From NCBI GenBank assembly GCA_002633005.1, contig NMRA01000241.1:357974-421956 (forward strand): 63,983 bases of DNA, read 5' to 3'. Position 1 is the stretch's first letter. Each line of letters begins with the position of its first letter. The notes under the pieces are model-generated. The model searched no databases. It had not been told where the DNA came from and was given only the letters and a program-made list of their open reading frames with translations. Both the position numbers and the translations under genes were made by a program. Shown piece by piece: positions 50,956-63,283 of this stretch. Source of the DNA: Phoronis australis (Eukaryota; Animalia; Phoronida).

Positions 50956-53900
50956 TTTTAAAAATCCAGTCGAACGAATACAAATTCCCATTTCTCGGCC
51001 ATTTTGTGCTCTTAATTGCAGAACACAGCATAAGTACAGCAAACTCCTACAAAGGACAGGTAGACAAAATCTGTTTAACTCCAAAGCGGATGTCACATGC
51101 TATTCACAACCTTCTTGGAAGACCACAAGTTTGAATAATCCTGAGGTGATAAGCAGCAAGCCTTCTGTATAATGAAAGATGCTCAGAGATGATGCTAGAA
51201 CTCATCCAAATAGTTTGTGTACAGAAACTCGATCATCAGTATATTTGAACAAGTATTTATGTATCCCATAAAAGACATTTTCCAACAAAGAGACATGCAC
51301 AAGTACATACAAAGTTTACCCTGAAGTTTCCCCACATAATTCCCACATAGAACTAATGTTACAATGTTAAAAGTAGTCAAAACGAAGGGTAAAATACCAG
51401 CGGTGACAAAAGCGTAACCACAGATACATAACAAGAAACCATGGCTACAAATTGATATAATTCTAAAAGTGCTCACTTGCTTCGAATAATTTCTCATCAA
51501 TAAATACAACCGTATATCCTCTAGTACGTTTCATTAAAATGCCAAAAAATCCTGTATTAGCTAAACTTTGTTTAAAAACCTGTCAATCATAAACTACAAA
51601 ATAATGAAACCTCTTGGGCATTTCCATGATAAATGACAATTTTGAACATTATGGGAGTACCCAGTAGAACAATGTCCTATAATCAACTACAATACACAGG
51701 ATACAGTAACCAGTGCACAGTCATCATTGACAATGGATATTTCCAACAAGCCCAGTTAGGCACCGCCCACCAGAATTACTGTTGTGAAGTCCTACAAGGG
51801 CAAAGCAAATGTGGCCAACGTGAATGCCCACTGAATACATACTACAGCAACAACAAATTCATTTTTATGTCATCCTAACGATATAACAATATTCAGATGG
51901 AACAATTACTGCCATGAAGCCACACAATCACAACGGCCTGGATACACACATAACTTGGTGGCAGCCACCCAAGACAAAATTCATTAAACGCACGAGGTTG
52001 TTCTTGACGATTTCCATACTTGATCAAACTCATCCACAGACAGTTTGACAGAATATGTAGGAAATTCATCAACCAACAACACTGTGGCAGTAGGTTTAAT
52101 TAATGATTTCAAACTCTTGAGTCATTCAAAAGCTGCTAACCCATTCGCATCAACTGAGGTTCATTCTGATGTCAGATCGGTTCAAACAGCTATAAATGGC
52201 CATTGTAATCATCTCAAACTGCCCTGAAAGGTGCACTGGTAACACATTCCATAGCACAACTGATGGCCAGGAAAACCTGAGACAGGTTAAGCTTTGTTAG
52301 TGGCCACTGGTGGTCTGGTGTTCCCAACAAGAAAACAGGGTCTCAACAAAGTTAGGTTTCAATAAGTCACATGCTGTCATTCACATATGTTCCCAAACAT
52401 TTAATTGTTGACCTAATTCACGCCAGAAAAGAAAATATTTGCAACCAGTTAGGAAAGCAAATTTAATTCATTGTGCACTTCATTATTCTCAGGAGCATAT
52501 TCAGCTGATCACGTGGGCTAACACAAGCTTTTAAATCCTGCAAGCATCTTTCTTTGTTGGTTTTCTGTAAATCTTGACCTGCACTCTAAGTATCCCAAGT
52601 TGATCCAAAAACAATCTTCTTGCTCTCGTTAGCAACGAATATTTATGGGCCAAGGATGACCATCAAAGCCTTAACATTTTATTCTGCCCTGATTGGATGG
52701 AATTAATAGGTTCATTGGCATGTTGGAATTATCCATTTGTCCAAGTTCATTCAAACATGAATCAGTAATACAATGATTTAGTGACTCTCACTTAGTTTCA
52801 CTGATGGAAGCAAAACATAATATGGTCAGGCTTCATCTTTTCAGTGATGATAACAATATGTTATATAAAGTTTACCCTCATACCACATTAGCAGAGCTCT
52901 GTACAATCTTCCCAGGGTTACCAGAGGTAGCTCTCTCAAAGTATGACTCTGGTTTCTTACCGGTTAAAAGAATAAAACAAAATTCGGATATTCCAATTGG
53001 TTGGAAGGTAACATTCGGAAATTCCGAACGGTTAGAAGTTGAGAAATGCTATTGTGAGTTGTGCGTGCAGCAAAAAATGACAGAATAAATCGAAGCACTC
53101 CACACATTCGTGTTTTGTGACTCACTCAAGATAACAAAGTGACAAATATAACAAGAGAATGATTCACAATACTTTACCGGCTCATTCTAAGAGCGTTTTT
53201 TTATATGCCAGACTTTCAAACCAGGACATGTGCACAAATACCCACACATGGAATTCTGCAGGTGAGTAAAGCATCATCCTTGTACAGTGCCATTCCTCCA
53301 GAGATGACGCTGTGAAAAAGTGAACATAACACTGAAACTAACAAATGCAGCTAAAAAACTACTCCTAGCAAAATACCAAAAACCCAGCATAGAATTATAT
53401 TACAAAATCTAAAACAGTGATCAAGTCCTACAAACTATCAACCAGCCATTATTAAAAAGGCTGGAGCCCCATCTCATGAAAGTCACATGCTGTGACAAAA
53501 AAAAACATCATGCCACACTGCCTTACCATTGTTGCTGGCATTATGCCAACAATCTAATTTAAGACTAAATGCAAGTTTCTCCAAGACAGCCACCAGCCAA
53601 GACACCTGTTGGCATGCACCCAAACTAATTCACTAGGCTAAGTTGCGTACAGCTAGATTGGCAAGAAAATGCAAAATGACACAAAAGTGAAAAGCGACTG
53701 TTTTGCAAGTACCATCAGACCTAGTACAAGGCCATGACCTAATATTCAAGTTTCACCTAATATTCGAATATTAGGGGTCGTTTACCATGAACTCCAAAAC
53801 AAAATTTTCAACATGGGTTTTGATGATTTCTTTTCTGTTTTTCTATTCTTTATTCAATATTTTTACGGAATGGTTTTAACCAACCAGTATTTTTCATTTT

Positions 53901-55477
53901 TAACAGTAATTAGTAATTTGGTCATGAGTCATTGAAAGAAAACACGAGAAAAGTGATGGCTGACCTTTAAACGCCGTATATGGCCCAATATACCAAGTTT
54001 TACAGTAAGATCGAGGTCTTATTAGCATACACAAACAAAATGGCGACCACTATATTGATGGGTAAACTTGGGAGACCTTACAAGAGCACAAATAACAAAA
54101 TGTCCATCACTACGGTGATTAGTCAGTGAGGGTGGAATGTAGAATTGTGAGAAAAAATTCCCGATGCCAACCTTTCCCAACGCAAGAGCCTCGTGACTCT
54201 CACGAGTTATGGAACAAGTCCCAACTAAGATATATGCTCTGCTCATTATTTCAAAAATCGCCACAGGAGAGAGCACCAATGATTTAACTCCTTCTGGTGC
54301 TGGCACTAGTCAAGTACAACTAAGTACCAAATCAGTCATACGGGGCTGATGTTTCACGACAGACTGGGATGGCTTGTTCTAAATGCAATCACTTACACAA
54401 ATACTTTTCACAACTATCACACAATCATAGCAACAGTAATACAATCTGTCACAGTCATCCTCATTAAAGATATCTAGGACATTAATCAACAACCTCAACT
54501 CTCAGTCAAATAGAAGTTTGCTTTAAAATGCCTAGTTTTTGTGAACTGAGCGATATACGAATAAGACCACTGTTTTTTTACAAAAATGCCTTGTTTTGCG
54601 AGTTAATTTGGCATAAAACTTGAACTAAGTGAATAATCAAAAATTCCTAACAGCATTTTTGAGACACAATGTAAAGTTTTCATTTCAAAAAATTTCAGTA
54701 AAATCGGCAGGGACGTTATTTTGCTATGAATGTGCCTTCCTTGTACATGAAAATTTGACTTAAAAACCTGGTCGCATGACAATAACTAAGACACAGAAGT
54801 AAGAAGCATATTTTAAGAATCCTCGATCTTTCTCCTTTTCAAAAATATATACTTTTAATGGTTGACAAGACATAGATTTTTGATATTTGACTTGAGGTCG
54901 CTTATTAAGGTCCTAGACAACCTTAGTCTCAATGAACAACAGTTGTTTTCAAAACAGCTAACAAAATCTTTTCACATTGAAAGCAGGCAAAAATTTCAGA
55001 GCCTAAAAGTACGGCTAGCGTTATTTTCTGTCTGGTTTACTTCTGGAATTTTGCCATAACTTTGACAAAGCTAATCAAGATTCAACAAAATGAGTCAATT
55101 TTTTGAATTACTGTACAGCGCTTTAAATCAAAATTGCCTACAACCACTTTTGGTATCTAATACTAACGTAAAAACAAAAATTTAGACAGATAATATCCAG
55201 AACTATACTAACAACTTCAATTTACAAACAGACAAAAAATGACAAAATAAAACAGAATGAAGCAAAAAAATGACAAATTTCAATTGACTTCATACTCTGA
55301 CCTAATGTCTACATAATGAAGTGATAATGTCATTAAGTGGCTGTATTAGTCAACACCAGAAATATCAAATAAACTACAACAGAGTGCATTGTGAACACTC
55401 ACTTGGTAATGTTGACTAGAGCTCACAATTCGTGTCTGTGATATTTAATACCATGCGAAATATGACAACAGATGTCA

Positions 55478-55828
55478 TCATTGCGTGGGAAACAATGATG
55501 CTGATTCTGGCAGCGATGTCATTGACGGGTTCTCTGGGTTGGGTACCTCAGCAACTTTAATCCAGCCTACCTTCATACCTTTATGCTTGTTCATCACATG
55601 TTTGCGACAGTTGCCACCTGTGGCGCTGTGGAAGTCACAGTAAGGACACTTGTATGGCTTCAGGCCTCGGTGGGTGTGCATCACACGGATGTGCTGCGAC
55701 AGCTTCCATGTGTCTACGGTCATGTAGTCACAATAGTCACAGCGAAGAGTTTTGGCTGTGTGGATCCACTTGATGTGGTTTACCAAGGAATGGTGGTGGC
55801 TGAAGGCTTTACCACAATGAGGGCACAC
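55478..55828 (-). CDS. BTB-ZF last coding exon (fingers 16-18)
   Basis: ctctgtcccacaag|VCPHCGKAFSHHHSLVNHIKWIH...KPYKCPYCDFHSATGGNCRKHVMNKH...FPTQ TGA; AAG acceptor. Confidence 0.9.
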   Translation of the reverse strand: MCPHCGKAFSHHHSLVNHIKWIHTAKTLRCDYCDYMTVDTWKLSQHIRVMHTHRGLKPYKCPYCDFHSATGGNCRKHVMNKHKGMKVGWIKVAEVPNPENPSMTSLPESASLFPTQ

Positions 55829-58800
55829 CTTGTGGGACAGAGGAATATCATTGGTTATTGTACAAGAAGGCAGAGTCATGTTAGTAAGTGGTTGTGGATG
55901 AAGGCTTCACCATAGCGAGGGCATACCAGGGAAGATAGGAGAATATTATTGGTTATTGTATAAAAGACGGCGGAGTCATGTCAATGAGTGGTGGTGGATG
56001 AAGGCTTTACCACACAACCAGGGCACACCTGGGAAGACAGGGTAATACTATTGGGTAATGGGCAAGAAGAAGGCGGAGTCGTGGAAGTGAGTATTAATGT
56101 TTGACAAGTAAATCACAGTGAGAGTTCACCTTGTGAGACAGAGGAACATCATTCGTTAACATAAAACATGGAGTCATGTGCTTGTTGGTGGCTGAAATTT
56201 TTACCACACGGAGGACATACCTGAAGAGTGGTAGGGAAATCACTGAATAAGGTGGAAGGCTGAGTTATGCTATACAATCACCAGTATTTGGTAGTGGCTG
56301 AAGGATTTGTCAGAATGATAACACCTGATAAGCCCCATATTTTGTCATATGAGCTTGAACTCTTTAACAAGTGTGAAGTGATGAGCTGTAAAGTTGAACA
56401 TTTTTGTCTATATGTAACCCTCAGTTCCAACTCCACCTTCTCAAAGCAACAACAGCAGATCATGTGTAGCCCATAAGACTCCAACCCCCGTCTTGCCAAC
56501 AAAGCCGACAACATGGTCTAACACCAAATTTTTGCTTTCAAGAAGGCTCAAGGATTACAGTATGCCACCCACAGTGAAGTTATACTTCTCTCGTCCGACA
56601 GGTGGCAGCAGCAGTCAACAGTTCCAAGTGACCAGTCACCATTGCTTTGTAAAAGTTCCCTTTCTCATGAACCCCAGTGTAATTACCATGCATGGCATAT
56701 CCCCCTTGATCCACACCAGTCCATCTCCTTACCTCATCTCTGATGCCCAAGTGTGCTTTCATGTGTTTCTGTAGTCTGGCCTTTCTGTCACACATGTAGT
56801 CACAGTATTCACACTTAAAGATCTCCTGATCTTCACTAACTTTGACACGGTGCACAGCAAACAGATGACCTAGACACAGGTGATGGTAAAGATTAATGAC
56901 CTTAACAACATGAAATTACTTTGAGACCAACTGGGCATGAGTTCAAAGAAGCTAGCATCTTTTAAGTTTGGCAAGGTCATGCTTGATGAGCATGTCAAGT
57001 CTAAGCATTCAACATTATACATCAGTAAATTGCGCAGTATGTATGTAGGCACAACCCTTAATGTTTGTATGGCACACGCCAACATACGGTTGGTTCTAAG
57101 TGTCTTGCAAGTGAATAGCAGCGTTGAACACTACCGCTTGTAATTGATCAGGGTTAGTTATCGCTGGATACAGCATTCTTACAACCAAATACCATATAAC
57201 GTTAATTACTATCACGTAATGAAAATTTAAATTCGATTGCAAAACTTTCAACAGACATTTTCAATGCAAGAGACATAGAATGAAGTTTTTGAAAGGCTGC
57301 AAAAAACTGTGAGTTAATGAAGTCCATAGATTAAGCATTTCTCAAAGTTTCCTTCAAAACAAACTATTGATATTTTTATCTCTTTTTCATAGACGTATTT
57401 ACTGACTGATGAATTTTGAGTTACATTAAAACAATACATCTTAACCTTTAATTATCATTTACCCAAACCTAAAGATGTGCACACACCTCTTAAAGCATGC
57501 TTGTCAACAGACTTATATGGGCAGTGTTCACATTGGAAAGGTTTAACACCAATGTGCTGCCTAGTGATGTGGTTCTTCAGCTCAGAGTCTTCCCCATAAG
57601 CCATACCACAAAGATGACACATGAACGGACGGATGTTCATGTGAACCTTATTAATATGCTTCTCCAAATTCCTGCAACATAACAAAATATAGATTAAGAA
57701 AACAGGTTAAGGAAATGTAAGACACAATGGGTGCATAAATAGAGAATCCTACACTCGTCTCAGGTTTATGACATGGAAGTTTTGTCTAAATACCAAGGGT
57801 TGCCGATTTGTTTTCTCACATGAACTGTAAAAATGATATTTTTTGCCAAAAAACTCAACTTGTCTAAAACTTTAAACCACACGACGCAACTTTTGTAAAA
57901 AAACGCTAGCCTTACGCTATGTTAATTTAACTCTGTTAGTTTTGTTAATAGTTTTAACTTGAACTTAACAATTGTAAAATGCATTCAGCTTTCGTAACAA
58001 ATGTTCAAGAATCTAATAAAATAGTGGTTGAAGTTGTAACATTAAAACTTAACAGATGTCCATAAATAACAGTCAGAAGAGTTTCTCGCACAGGAAGCAC
58101 TGAATTGACCTTGAGACAGCACAGCTAGACAGTCTCATCGCGTTTTCTGAGTTGGGGTTCGTCTACATTTGAATGAACGTGGATATGGAATTCGCCGCCA
58201 AAGATGGTCCATTTAAGAAGTTGCTTGCATATGTCCTTTTGACTGGGAGTGCGTGCAGTTGCGACACTCAATTTTTCAATCATAACTTTGTCACCTTCAC
58301 AAAATTCCCCATATCAAATATATCTTCCCTTCCAAAAATCTTGGAACTGCACATGGATTGTGTTAAGTAGCTTACTTCTTTGTCTTCACCTTTCTGCCAC
58401 AGTAATCACATGTAAATGGTTTCTCTTTGTTATGACGAGCTTTGTGCATGTTGAGTGCATGCTTACTGGTACTCTGATACTTGCAGTTGACATACTCGCA
58501 CTCGTAGATCTAAAGAGGAAAAAAGAAGACATGCGTCCAAGATACAAATGAATGTATACCTTGCAGGGTTTTCTCATTTTTTCAAAAGTGCTATAAAATG
58601 ATAATTTGAAAACTTCAGATTCATAATTCTAAGAAATTTATACCTAAAATTATTATACAATCACTGTATACATCTGCAGACAGCCTCTCCTTACTACTAT
58701 GTTACTACTAACATACAATCATTGCACACATCTACAGGCAGTCTCACCTGTTACTACTAACATACAATCATTGCATACATCTACAGGCAGTCTCACCTTC

Positions 58801-61379
58801 ATAGTCTCGTCGTGGATTCTGTGTGCATTAAACTTGTGTATCCGTAAGTAGTACTGTTTCTTAAAGCACTTGCCGCACAGATCGCACACTGCTTGACTTC
58901 TCTTGTCATGACCTCTCTTCATGTGTCGATCCAGCTCCATCCTGGTAGCGCACTTGAACGCACATTGTGGACAGTGATGAGACTGAAGTAGCAGTGGGTG
59001 TACCTCTTGCATATGTTGCTTCATCTGACGGATCTGACTTGTCTGGAAGCTGCACTCCGCAATCTCACACTTAACTAACTGTGAGTGGAGACGACTGTTG
59101 GTGGATCGAGTGGGCAGCTTCAAGCCATGTACGAACTGAGCATGGTTGTGAAGGTGCTTCTTGCGCTCAAATGTTTTGTTGCATTCACAACATGTGAGAT
59201 TGTCAAAATCGATGATGCTAGCATCAGGAAGTACACCACTCTCCTGCAAAAGCCTTGTGGCGGTGCCCTTAACCACGCCGTGGTGTTTGTACAAATGGGC
59301 CTTGATGTGAAGAACTTTGTTATACGTCTTATCACATTTGAAACACTTGAAAGTCTGTGCATTCCTTGTTTTCATTTCAGGCTGGGCGATGGTGGACTGA
59401 ATTTGGCGAGTCGTCATGCCATGTTTGGTTTTAAGATGTTCCTTCAGGCTGCTAACTCTAGAGTACTGCTTGTCACATTTTGGACAGAATGCCTTCTTTT
59501 CTTGCTTGCTCTGAGATTTCCGCAGCTTTGGAGTAGACTTTTTCACTTTAATCTTCAATGGCACTTGTTTCTTTCTTTGTTTGGCCCTATGAGCAGACTT
59601 GGAGTGTTTCTGTAGGGTTGACTTGTATAGGAATACTCTTGGGCAAAGATGACAAGTTTGGGTGTCGGACAACAGTTTGCGATGTTCTTTTAGCTTATGA
59701 AGTCGTAACTGAGTAGCCGATATGCACTTTTTACCACACATATGGCACTTGTTTAAGGATGAATGACTTTGAACAAAGTGGGTCTTCAACTGGGTGTAGT
59801 AACGAAAACCCTGATTGCACCTGGAGCAGGAAACACCTGCATCACTGGAAACCTTCACTGCACCTCTCAATACCTGGTAAAGCTTATAAGAGGAATGCGT
59901 GGTTGGCCAACACACATGTTTCAGCCTCAAATGATGACTTAATGTAGAAAGATGACAGAACTTCCTATTACAAAATTGACACTCATATTTCTTCAGAGGA
60001 TTATCAGCTATTTCTGGATTTGTATACTCTTTCTTCACAGAACACCGGCGTAATGTGACCTTCAAGTTTTGGGTAATCCCTCTTGACTCAGTTTTACTTT
60101 CACTGCTAACAGACTTTGATGGGACCTCAAGATCCTGCTCGTTATCATAGCCAGACTCCTCAAAATCAGACACATCCATAGCCGACCCTGATGACAAATA
60201 ACCATCCTCCACCTTAGCAGTGTCTGGTTGCTCTGTCTGTTGACTGCTGGAGGGAACTGGTTCTGCACTACTGAATGATTCTGTTGCTGGTTTGTCCATG
60301 ATATTGCCAACTGCAGCCGTTGTGTGAAGAACGGATGCAGACAAAGCAAGAAGATCTAACCCCTTGTTATGGTTTTCTATGGGCGGCTCTTGAAGACTCA
60401 TGGCTGGTGCTGTTGGCAGCGGCGGTTGGTTGACATTAGCCACACAGGCCTGCATGCTGGCTGTTTGAAACGCTTCCTGCAGCTGGGTAGCTTGTGCCTG
60501 TCTTTCAGGCTGGTTAGATATGATCCGACCCAGTCGGATATCCTCACTGGTACCTGTCTTACGTGCACTTATGGGCACATTGAAGACAGGCTGCAGGTTG
60601 GCAACATTTTCATCAACCATCACCCTGGACAGGTCCTTGTCTATCAATGGCTGGTCCTGTATGATGACACGGCTGCCTCTGGAGAACTCCTCACACAGCC
60701 TCATGGCGTCGGGCACCTGCAGATAACTGGCCACTGTCCACATGCCCCACACGTTGTTCTTGTCCAGTCGCAGAGCGCCTGTGTACATGAATTCTATGAT
60801 GTTGCTGACGTCTGCCAGGCGAATTCCTAAAAAAATAGTTAATTAGCATATTTAACACTCTGTGTTAAAGTTGTTATGTACCTACCATTCAGTATTAGAA
60901 GTCTTGTTTGAACTGGGGGAAAAACAGTACTGAAGACTGAAGTCGTGCGTAACATTACTCAGGCGTTTGTTATCATAATGCTATATAAACTACAAATTGT
61001 TTTACTTACTTTGTTTAAACAATGGAGTGCGCAATGTCCTCTTTTTCCATTTTTTGCTCAAAATTTTTTTCAATCTTTGATTTAATCGTATCAAGTGAAT
61101 TGCATGGATTTATCTGACGCAAACTCTGGTAAAAAAATTATAACACTGCTCTCCAAACTACTTGCTTCAACCTTCCCTATTAATGTTTTAAATATCAAAT
61201 TTACATTTTGTACATACAGTAAATGAATCAATTTCGATGTTTCTGGTGGTTATCATTTTCTAAAACATACTCACCAGAAAGAACCTGTCTGTTTCCATGA
61301 TGATAGTCAAATATGCCTTTGAAGAATTTGGATGCGCCATTCAGCACCAACTTATGAACTAGAAACTCTGATGTGGTAC
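55478..61379 (-). CDS. BTB/POZ-domain multi-C2H2 zinc-finger protein (ZBTB-like), 5'-incomplete, >=980 codons, 18 fingers (gene span)
   Basis: Exons 61379-61275, 60826-58797, 58509-58376, 57671-57487, 56869-56733 and 55828-55478 join in frame. BTB motifs FLVHKLVLNGASKFF and IIEFMYTGAL...VASYLQV...LC; 18 CX2-4C...HX3-4H fingers. Confidence 0.92.
55790..56335 (-). repeat. degenerate ~90-100 bp tandem array (about 6 units) of the intron end plus first ~38 nt of the last BTB-ZF exon
   Basis: Recurring + strand motif tggtggtggctgaaggctttaccaca..gggcacacct..gacagaggaatatcattggt...gagtcatg near 55791, 55889, 55989, ~56095, 56182 and 56288. Confidence 0.85.
56733..56869 (-). CDS. BTB-ZF exon (end of finger 14, finger 15)
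   Basis: gtgtctag|gt HLFAVHRVKVSEDQEIFKCEYCDYMCDRKARLQKHMKAHLGIRDE|gtaagg. Confidence 0.92.
57487..57671 (-). CDS. BTB-ZF exon (fingers 12-14)
   Basis: ttgcag|g NLEKHINKVHMNIRPFMCHLC...GVKPFQCEHCPYKSVDKHALR g|gtgtgt. Confidence 0.9.
58376..58509 (-). CDS. BTB-ZF exon (finger 11, half of finger 12)
   Basis: ttttttcctctttag|IYECEYVNCKYQSTSKHALNMHKARHNKEKPFTCDYCGRKVKTK aa|gtaagc; not shown in this frame in the ORF track. Confidence 0.92.
58654..58798. repeat. 49-bp tandem duplication covering a splice donor (2 copies plus 1 degenerate)
   Basis: gttactactaacatacaatcattgcaYacatctacaggcagtctcacct at 58701-58749 and 58750-58798; decayed copy at 58654-58692. Confidence 0.92.
58797..60826 (-). CDS. 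BTB-ZF large exon (BTB C-half, acidic/disordered linker, fingers 1-10)
   Basis: ttttttag|ga IRLADVSNIIEFMYTG...HRIHDETMK|gtgaga; covers most of the 689-aa ORF. Confidence 0.95.
61275..61379 (-). CDS. BTB-ZF exon (BTB N-terminal half)
   Basis: tttcag|gt TTSEFLVHKLVLNGASKFFKGIFDYHHGNRQVLS g|gtgagt. The upstream exon with the start codon was not identified. Confidence 0.88.
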
Positions 61380-62046
61380 CTGAAACATTATTATTGCATA
61401 TAAACTGAAACGAGTTGTCATTTTGTACAAAAGGTGTACGGTGTGCTCCCATTCACAACTACCTTAAATAGGTCACAGTTTAAAGTTGATCTTCCCATGA
61501 GAAACTAGGTTCTAAGCTTGTCGCATAGAGATTGGTAGATAGGCATATCCATTGTTCGCTTTGCTTTCTTTCTTATAATAAATATAATGGTAAGCACCTA
61601 TCAGTAACCGGCTGATGTGCACCCACGGTACGACATCCGTGTGACCTGTATTGTTATACCCAGCCAAGACCCAACAAAGGAAAACAATGGTAGCGTCCTA
61701 TGGGTGATAATCATGCAACGCGCTTACACCCATCGCATAGATCTCACAAGTTAACCATTATTTTGCGACCAACATAAGACATCATTTGGCATGGAAAGTC
61801 ATGTGCCCGAGGTTGCTGCAGGACTTTAAAATTTGTGCACTCCAAGTGAAATGTGGATAACGCAATCAGCAGAAAACAAAGAATCAAACATGAATTAAAC
61901 TTGTGTGATGTGTTTGGAGTACTGCTCTTAGTATAACAATGCCATAAATAGACAAATGTAATGAACGAATAGGCTTACTCAAATGCGTCTGTGCCATAGC
62001 AAAAATCCTTACCCGGTATTCTATTTCAGACGCCTATTCATTATTA

Positions 62047-63229
62047 CCGTATTTGCCGTAATAACCGCCCAGGGCGCTTAGATAAGTTCGTTTCAGGGAG
62101 GGCGCTTATTATAACCAAAGGGCGTTAAAACCCGGTCTCCGAAACGGGTGAAATCGGAAGCTAAGATTCATCATATTTACGCTCTGTGACATATCTGTAA
62201 TCTATGAAAGACTTTCTACAAAACCGTGGTGCATTGCTATCAAACTTTGCTGCTAAATTATGATCATTTCACAGAAAATTGTGCCAAGGCGAAAACTCGG
62301 CGACTGCCTCCCTCGCAATCGTCGATATGGCGACTTGAATGTTTGAATAAAAATAGTTTCGACTCAAGCAAATTACCTGAAATCCTCCGAGCGTGTTTCA
62401 TTCAGCACTTGCCGGTCTCATGTGCTAAAAACGTTCGACATTTGTCTCGGTGAGGCCCATATTAGTCGCCGTGTGGCTGGATGAGGCGTACGTAACTATT
62501 TTTCGGTGTAAAAGTGTGTAAGCAATCACTGTCAGTGGTCATTTTATCGGATATTTGGCTTAAAAACACCAATTATGGTTAATCAAACAATTCATCTTAA
62601 AAATAACGCAAACAATTTTTATAGTATTAGAAACTGTCGGAAATAAGTGCCAACATTCATTTCTTGCCGATGCTATACTACCCGTTTCATGAATGGATAG
62701 TTCCCGACTAATTTCTTTGATGACATGTTCATGTATGTAGCACGCGCTTCCTGGCCACATGCTTATAACACTGGCCAAGCTTTTTATTAGTCTTTGATTT
62801 GCGGTTTTCACGTGCAGGCCTACAAAGAAATTTGAATTCCTGTTGAAAGCGGGTAATATCTACAAAGCAATCCCGTAGACAAGCACAATACTTCTGTTCT
62901 GAAAGGCCAGACCATTGGTCCTCGCAATATCAGCAGAACTTTAGTGTTCGTTTTGAGGCATGGCACCATGGCAGAAGCTTGAAGTGTATAGTCACGGCTA
63001 AATACTGACAAAGCGGCGAGGCTTGTAGTCTACAAATTCTGCGCACAATGATTTTTTCAGGACTGTAGGATATTATTGATAAGTTGAAGACGTTACTGTA
63101 GAATTTTAGGACTAGGTAAGGCATTTTTCGCACGTACACGTTCATGGACTGGGCGCTTATTTTAGCAAAGTCTGAAAACCCATGGGGGGACGCTTATAGG
63201 GGCATGGGCGGTTATTACGGCGAATACGG
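62047..63229. mobile_element. 1183-bp non-autonomous Tc1/mariner(pogo)-like DNA transposon
   Basis: TA|CCGTATTTGCCGTAATAACCGCCCA ... TGGGCGGTTATTACGGCGAATACGG|TA; repeated gggcgctta subterminal motifs; no transposase ORF. Confidence 0.9.
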
Positions 63230-63283
63230 TAATATTAGGAAAACTTTGATTTCTCAGTGACACAACTTCAGGCAAAAAAACTA

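Noticed and set aside
52804-53088. 94-aa ATG ORF followed by AATAAA
   Set aside because: No recognisable domain; it overlaps a probable small inverted-repeat element (~52931-53194) in the presumed 3' region of the ZF gene.
59085-60830. Long + strand ORFs (176 aa, 153 aa)
   Set aside because: Antisense shadows of the BTB-ZF exon.
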